DNA of 57,769 bases, the filler included, from Catajapyx aquilonaris (Eukaryota): assembly GCA_000934665.2 (NCBI GenBank). It is 3 parts of 3 records of this genome, joined end to end, with 100 filler letters (N's around TTAATTAATTAA, not from the genome) between each part and the next. Parts side by side here need not be neighbours in the genome. Positions count along the whole stretch, not along the records: positions 38,657 to 57,769 come from JYFJ02006525.1; 2 more parts are not named here. One strand, 5' to 3'. The position numbers and the translations under genes are program-made. Below are positions 51,455-57,769 of this stretch, in pieces (within the stretch, counting starts at the first letter, position 1; each line of letters starts with the position of its first letter). Under the pieces are notes generated by a model. It searched no databases, was not told the DNA's origin, and saw only the letters and a list, made by a program, of their open reading frames with translations.

Positions 51455-54286
51455 ATGGCTCTGTTATGGTGCGTGTGGTTTCAGTACTTCATTCTTTTTG
51501 CCATCGCTGCAGGCAAGTAAAATTTATATTGTTTAAGCACATCATTACTTGCTTCTTGCTCTTAAGGCGGCGCATTAGCAAAAATACGCTAGGCGCAATA
51601 AATTAGGGAACTTAATTTATTTGTGGCGAAATGCGACTTTAATATGGAAAAACATTAACTAGGGGCCCTGCGCAAAGGTTTGGCTTTTATACAATGATAC
51701 CATACTCGACATGATTGCATTAGAATTGTGGACATACGTCCACGGATATGTGTCCTATTTTCACGCGATTTCTGCCGCTATGTTATTCAAATTGACTTTT
51801 CGAAAGCGTCGTTTTCCACTCACTTCAACTCGTCCTAAATGAAAAAAGACAAACTAGGTGCAGTGCGCCAGATCATGTTCTATTTTTTGGTGCAATTTCT
51901 GTGTCGATTGAACCATTTTTACGGCCGTACGTCCACAGAAATGTAGACATGTCGAATCCCCATATGCATGGTCAACATATGGGGATTTGACATGTCTACA
52001 TTTCTGTGGACGCACGGCACCAAAAAATAGAAAATAATCTGGCGCAGTGCAGCTAGGTTTTTTCCATTTTCGGCCTAGATGTGGCCTAAATAGCAAGTTG
52101 AAGTTCGCGGAAAATGGCGTCTCTCAAAGTTCAGTTGATTAACATTGGCGACGGAACCCCGTGAATATCGGACATATTTCTGTGGCCATATGCCCACAAT
52201 TTTAATGCAATCATGTCGGGTATGGTATCATTGTAAAGGCCAAACCTTTGCGCAGGGTGCCTAGTTCATGTTTTTCCAAATTAACATCTCGTTTCGCCAC
52301 AAAGAAATGAAGTTCTCTCACAAATGCACCTACCGTATTTTTGCTAATGCTCCGCCTTAACCTGACTTAGTTCATGTGAGGTGTATCATTCATTCAGGCC
52401 TATCTACTGCACCAAGTGAGTGGATTGCCCGACCTGATTCCAACGACTTTTACATCATCCACAAATACCATGCATCGTGGTCCAGTGCAAGGCTCTCTTG
52501 TCAGATCTCTGGGGGTGATCTCGTGGACATCAAGTCGTCTAAAGAAAAGGTAAAAATCAAGGGGGTAATCACTTCGGTACTCCGGTGTACACCTAGGAGT
52601 GGTACTCCCTGGTACTCCTCAGGCACCTCACTCTTTATTACTCCGTGGTACTCCCTGAATTTGGTACTCCAGTGTACACTTTTCAGTCGAGTGATTACCC
52701 CCTTGGTAAAAATGCCTATACTTATGACCCGTAAGTAGGCATTTGCACATTTGAGCCACGATTATTCTCATTAATATTTGCAACAGGAATGGCTGATTGA
52801 TCAACTCAAAGATCTAGACAGCGATTGGTGGTGGATCGGTTTGACAGATTGGAAGGAGGAAGGACATTTCAAGTGGATCGATGACAGTAAATTCGACGAA
52901 GATATCTTGTGAGGGAACATATATAGTAATAGTTGGCATTTCAATTGGAACATCCTGTGTAGAATTTCAAATTCATTTTGAAAATCCTATATCTGAAACG
53001 CTTGGGAAGGAAGTCTGATTTGTATTTTTGAATGTATGAAAATTGGATTTTTCATTGTCGTTTGTTGTTGCAGGGCGTGGTTCAGATTTCAACCTAACAA
53101 TGGTGGTTTTCGCTGTGCAGAATATATTTCGAAAGCAGAACTGTTCAGTGATGTCAACTGCAAACAGCTCCGGTGTTCCTTATGTCGCAGCGGTATGTGC
53201 CAGACTCGTAAACCTGTTTACAAAGTGAATTAACTATTTTTCCCAGAGTTTCAGAAGTCTGCAAGACCGGTGTGGAATACAAAATTGATGTCGTGGTACG
53301 ATGCACGTAAAGAATGTTTCAAAAATAACACCCAGTTGTATTGGGTCGACAGCCCTGAAGATATGGTATGTACACTACAGGGTACTCCGAATCGTATTCC
53401 ATATTATTTTGCTGTTTAACACTTACTATAGGACAAGTTCCGTGAGGCTGCCCTCACTTCCAATAACCCAGCATGCGAAATATTTTGGGTTGGACTTAGT
53501 CACATTGCAGGAAAATGGGAATGGACCAACAAAAACAGTCCCACCCTTTTTGATGTTCAGCTGATGCAAGTATATGGTGATATGGATACTGTACAGAAAT
53601 ATAATTTGGCTTAAACCTGTATATTTTTATTGCAGATCATGGGTTAAAGGAACGCCAGATAGCATAATCGAAGAGAACTGCGTCGTCATGAATAAAGATA
53701 CAGGATTATTAAATGACGACTCCTGTCATAGAGAGTTTTCATTCGTTTGCAAGAAGAATGCAGATGTCTTGGAAACTTCAAGTGTTGGGGGTAAGTGCGG
53801 ATATAGACAACAACAACATCACGACATTTCCCTATGAGGGGTAGTCAGCGATGAAGGGAGATGCAAGCTAACCCAACATATGAAATAGACAAGAAATAAA
53901 ATTTAACTAATAATAATATTCCACTTCTTGTGCAGATGAGTCGACAAACACCAAAACTGTCGAGATCTCCGAAACTCAGGAAACCGTCGAGACCACGACA
54001 GGACATCAAATAATCCATGAAGCGACAAAAGCTCATCAGCCACCTGACACTGTCCAAATATCTGACATGGACATGAATATGATTAGTCTTTTCATTGGAG
54101 TTATTTTTGGAGCTGTAATAGTCCTCGGGGTTATGGTAAATCTCCATTTTTCGTCATATGGGCCGAAATGGTAACTTATCCAACACCTATTTACTTTGTT
54201 CTCTTCAGACGGCTCTCAGACCTACAAGTACTTACGACAGAAAGATGATAATCTTCACTGAAACGGCCACCAACACAAGAGAATGA
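51455..54286 (+). CDS. Dual C-type lectin domain membrane protein, copy E (apparently intact)
   Basis: Nine in-frame exons: 51455-51512 (GC donor), 52398-52549, 52787-52908, 53074-53192, 53247-53365, 53432-53565 (GC donor), 53636-53790, 53936-54135 and 54209-54286. CRD1 with QPN, CRD2, stalk, TM. Confidence 0.85.
51562..52360. mobile_element. ~800-bp foldback element with TTAA target (Kolobok-like ends)
   Basis: TTAA-GGCGGCGCATTAGCAAAAATACG ... CGTATTTTTGCTAATGCTCCGCC-TTAA. Arms pair over almost the whole length, centred near 51970. Confidence 0.88.
52558..52705. mobile_element. 148-bp MITE with 8-bp TSD (hAT/P-like) at the exon 2 donor of lectin E
   Basis: 16-bp TIR CAAGGGGGTAATCACT/AGTGATTACCCCCTTG; TSD GTAAAAAT (52550-52557 and 52706-52713); internal GGTACTCC repeats. 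Confidence 0.88.
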
Positions 54287-55235
54287 TGGTTTGGATACCC
54301 CATTGACAGGCGCAGATTAAGATAAAGAAAACCGACGTCACTTGGAACCGATTAGAAGGATATGCGACACCAAGATAATCTGTAACTTGCAAAGAAATGG
54401 ATTACTTCCGCAATTCAGGTTCCAAAAATGTTGTGACTCATGGACACCTTGTTGGTGGTTGTAAGGAAAATCTATAATATTAAAATCCTTGATTGGTCCG
54501 CCTCACATTGTTGTTACCGCCACGTCCAAAAGATATGGTATGAACCGGGTGCTCCGAAAAGTATTTCTCATTTTACCAGCTGTTGGACATGTCCACAGTT
54601 CCCCTTAAATTGAGCAAACACACTTTAGGTGTAACATTAAAACGACGTAAATAGCCGAAAACAGGCTAAGTTTACTCTCGATCGTAACAATATCAAGCCA
54701 CTTTCAGTGCGTTTCAATGTGGCACGAATCACTTCACGACAATGAAGATCAAACATTTTCACTCCTGGGAAGTCTATAAGTTAGTCTAAAAGAGAAAAAG
54801 ACAGCATTCTCATACATAAATAACCCCTGTCAGGTTCTAATCGTCTTTCTTACCACTTGACATTTCCACTGTATGCACATCAGTAGGCCCTACCTTAGGC
54901 TACTTTTTATCTCCGCCAATCAGTCCTTTACTTACTACAGATAAAGCTGCACCCTTATGCATAATCAAGAAGGTTGCTCCTCTTCCTTGGCAGTCAATAT
55001 TAATGATAATTATCATTCGAATTACGATTAGCAAACAAATTTGATATATTACATGGTATGTTTGTGGAAATATTTTGAGATAAATAAAAATATTCGAAAA
55101 AGTGCCATTTGCTGGGACTATTTATTTTGGACTTTCGGACATTTGGACATTTTGGCCATTTTGGACATTTTGAATCTCGCAGTTCGGTTTTGCAGGAAAA
55201 ATCTGAGACTCGTTTTTGACTTCCACTCACTCATA

Positions 55236-55437
55236 CAGGGTGTTTCAACTTTTTTGTCCGATCAGTTATCGGAAATATGGCACTAAGCTGCTACTTTGTA
55301 AGCCACTTCAACGTAAGATTCGCAGGGAATATTCTCCATTCCTCCGACAAACCTGTTGCAAGTCACTGCTTACAAACTAGCAGCTTATAGTGCAATATTT
55401 CCGATAACTGTTCGGACAAAAAAGTTGAAACACCAAG
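55236..55437. mobile_element. Foldback Tc1/mariner-type MITE
   Basis: TA-CAGGGTGTTTCAACTTTTTTGTCCGA ... TCGGACAAAAAAGTTGAAACACCAAG-TA. The paralogous site near 45915 is empty. Confidence 0.88.
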
Positions 55438-55699
55438 TATAATCATCCAGGATTTTTTGAAGTCAAAAGCCTACAAGATCGAGCTACCTGTTCTCTTGGA
55501 AAGATTATAATAATTAGGCTGATATGACAGTCGGATAGTCTGACAAGAGACTGATGGTGTGAGCTTTCTGACAGTGTGCTCTGTTCTGATAACTGAAATA
55601 GCGGTAATTTGCTGCAAACGTCACTTTCACTTTCGACTTTTTTATTATTTTTGTATTTGTTATACGCATGTTACATAAGGATAAACAAACATTTTCATT

Positions 55700-56558
55700 T
55701 CATTTTCCTAAGCAAACTTCAACGAGGAACACCACAACGGACACCACAACACTGCACTAAATGACCGCAAAGCAAAACTTAATGGTCCCGAATTTCACAA
55801 CATGCTCTTCAATGTTACCATCCAACCCTTCCCTGGAGGCCAGTATGCCCCTTTCGACCCTGGCCATCTCCAGACTCTCTCCATTCAGGGCTGCCAAAAT
55901 TCCAGACCGGTTAAGCCTCAAAATGGCTCGAGCCATTGGCCACACTCGGTATGAAATATTGAAGTGACACGATGGTCACCATCACCAGTGGAAAGTCTGT
56001 CGATACCACCTCTGACTGGATGCCACGACTCGTGAGGTTCATCAACTGGAAATACTCCAGCTGAACCCTGTTGCTGAAACATGCGTATTTTTTATCAATC
56101 ACAACGCGTTCTATGCACTGATAGACACCATCCAACCCCATCTTGTCAACAGTTCGATTGTGGACATCCGAATCCGGGTGTCTTAAAAAGGACGGCATTG
56201 TGTTGCTATTATTCCGGACGCACCCCCAGGAAGGTCACTATCCAGCAGGTCTTGTATTGACATCGGGTATTCAGTAGAACTTGCGATTAAAAACGAGGTT
56301 AACTTAGAGCTGTACATAACACTGACTGTGAACCCAATGAGACACCAGTGCGCAACAATGCACCGAAACAATGTGCTAGTAGGCAACACTACTGGCTGGG
56401 TCATAAATGGGGGTGTTATAAGCCTACACAAGATGTAACTAATGTTCAACTCCATTTTAGACATTAAGCACAAAAGTATGGATATCCCCACAGACATTAC
56501 AATGACAGAAATCCAACCCTTCGCAGTGAACGGTTTGTAGATTGTTGATAGCGACAAT
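55700..56558 (-). pseudogene. Divergent ionotropic receptor pseudogene 2 (5'-truncated paralog of pseudogene 1)
   Basis: LSTIYKPFTAKGW, FRCIVAHWCLIGFTVSVMYSSKLTSFL, ARAILRLNRSGILAAL, split over three frames (ORFs 56183-56665, 55911-56198, 55757-55945). Confidence 0.85.
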
Positions 56559-56679
56559 TGGCTAGTGTTGGCAGAGTTGCCATCTGGACAAATATCTTCC
56601 AAAAAGCCAATATATTGAATCACACTGAAGGTCTTGTCGATTCTTCTCGCACATTTCTTTCCCACTCATCAGCCCAACA

Positions 56680-57769
56680 ATGACGCGTATATCCATCCTC
56701 CTCTGCCTCAACGTCATATCTGCAACAATGATCGTGGTCGACGGACGACGACCTCCAAGATGACAAGACAAGACTCATTCGCAACCTGATCAACCACAGA
56801 CACTGCACAGCACTGCACATTAACACTAGACACCGACCACTCTCGTCCGGACGTGTTCGGACTCCTATCGGACCAGAAGCAACCCTGGATGTTGGCAACC
56901 CTGCTCCGACACTACCAGGTGACCACCAACCAGTCGTACACACACTTTGTGTACCAAAGAAGCGACCAGTGCTTTGTGATCGTGATTCGATCCAGCTATA
57001 GGGTGTCCAGCGTGCACCGTGTTGTGCAGAGAACTCAACGAGTGCAATCCAGACGGGGGCATCAGGACTACCTGTACTTGTGGGTGACCATGACTCAGAC
57101 GCGGTTGACCTCATGAAGCACCAGTCGGTCGAACGTGCCAAGTTTAAAATCGGTGTTGCTACGAGGATGTACAACTGGTGTCACTTTTGCAACGACGGTT
57201 ACCCCCAATTGATCAGGGTTAAGCTCAACAACCGAGTGTTGTTTCCTGATTGGACCACTGACTTCAAAGGAAGAGGAGTCCACATTCTTGGTGAGGATCC
57301 GGACCTGTCAGGGTTTCTATCACAGTATCTGAACTTCACCAGATCCAAACGGTCTAGTATCACGATGTAGATGAACGCCATGGCATCGTGCAGTGGGTTC
57401 AATAAATTTGATACCGTCACGTACATGCAAGATGGCATCAACTTCGCGGTCATATCTTCACTGGTGGTCACCTGGTCCACAATATGGAAACCGCTGGACT
57501 CATACGCTTGGGCTCTTCTGATTGGATGCGTCCTGGTGGTAACCTTTGTGATGAGTGTGTCCCTGAGGTCATCGCCCTGTGACCCCTTGTGCCTGCTCAT
57601 TCTGCCACCATTGTTGAACCAGCCCATTCGACTGCCGTCTGGTAAGCCCTATCTGACCTGGTTCCTCTGCTTCCTTCGGCGCTACGCGTCCCCGCCAGGG
57701 CCTACCCAGCACCGCTAGAGAACTGGAAATAATAACCTGGAGTTCGTCGTCAACGGACGAGTGACCAAT
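56680..57769 (+). pseudogene. Divergent ionotropic receptor pseudogene 3 (different subfamily)
   Basis: Signal-like MTRISILLCLNVISA, frameshifted N-terminal domain, WCHFC...LFPDWTTDFKGR, in-frame TAG at 57368-57370, then TWSTIWKPLDSYAWALLIG (M1) and PPLLNQP. Intronless. Confidence 0.72.

Noticed and set aside
57368..57370. Stop-codon readthrough (pseudo-pseudogene) in IR3
   Set aside because: The gene also has several frameshifts upstream and loses homology downstream, so readthrough alone could not rescue it.
13783..57769. Lectin/IR cluster nested in a giant unc-104 intron
   Set aside because: Synthetic linkers intervene, so there is no evidence of physical linkage.

Overview
Eukaryotic, intron-rich DNA, most likely from an arthropod (unc-104 N-terminus, intronless divergent ionotropic receptors, Lm1-like SINE). 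The window is three contigs joined by two identical synthetic 100-nt linkers (44 N + TTAATTAATTAA + 44 N), so adjacency across them is unproven. Segment 1 (1-19169) holds the last five exons of mitochondrial RNA polymerase (POLRMT), several MITEs, a short retroposon and the first coding exon of kinesin-3 unc-104/KIF1A. Segment 2 (19270-38556) has no identifiable gene. It contains many MITEs (some nested), retroposon ends, an LTR-like sequence and two pairs of spacerless perfect palindromes that share centre motifs. Segment 3 (38657-57769) is a birth-and-death cluster of five dual C-type-lectin-domain, type I membrane receptor genes (three apparently intact, one cut by the gap, one pseudogene) interleaved with three ionotropic-receptor pseudogenes. 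I see no unambiguous new system. The best leads are the lectin paralogs with switched EPN/QPD/QPN sugar motifs, a conserved extra cysteine pair and GC-AG introns, a MITE that duplicated a splice donor in frame, and the paired palindromes.
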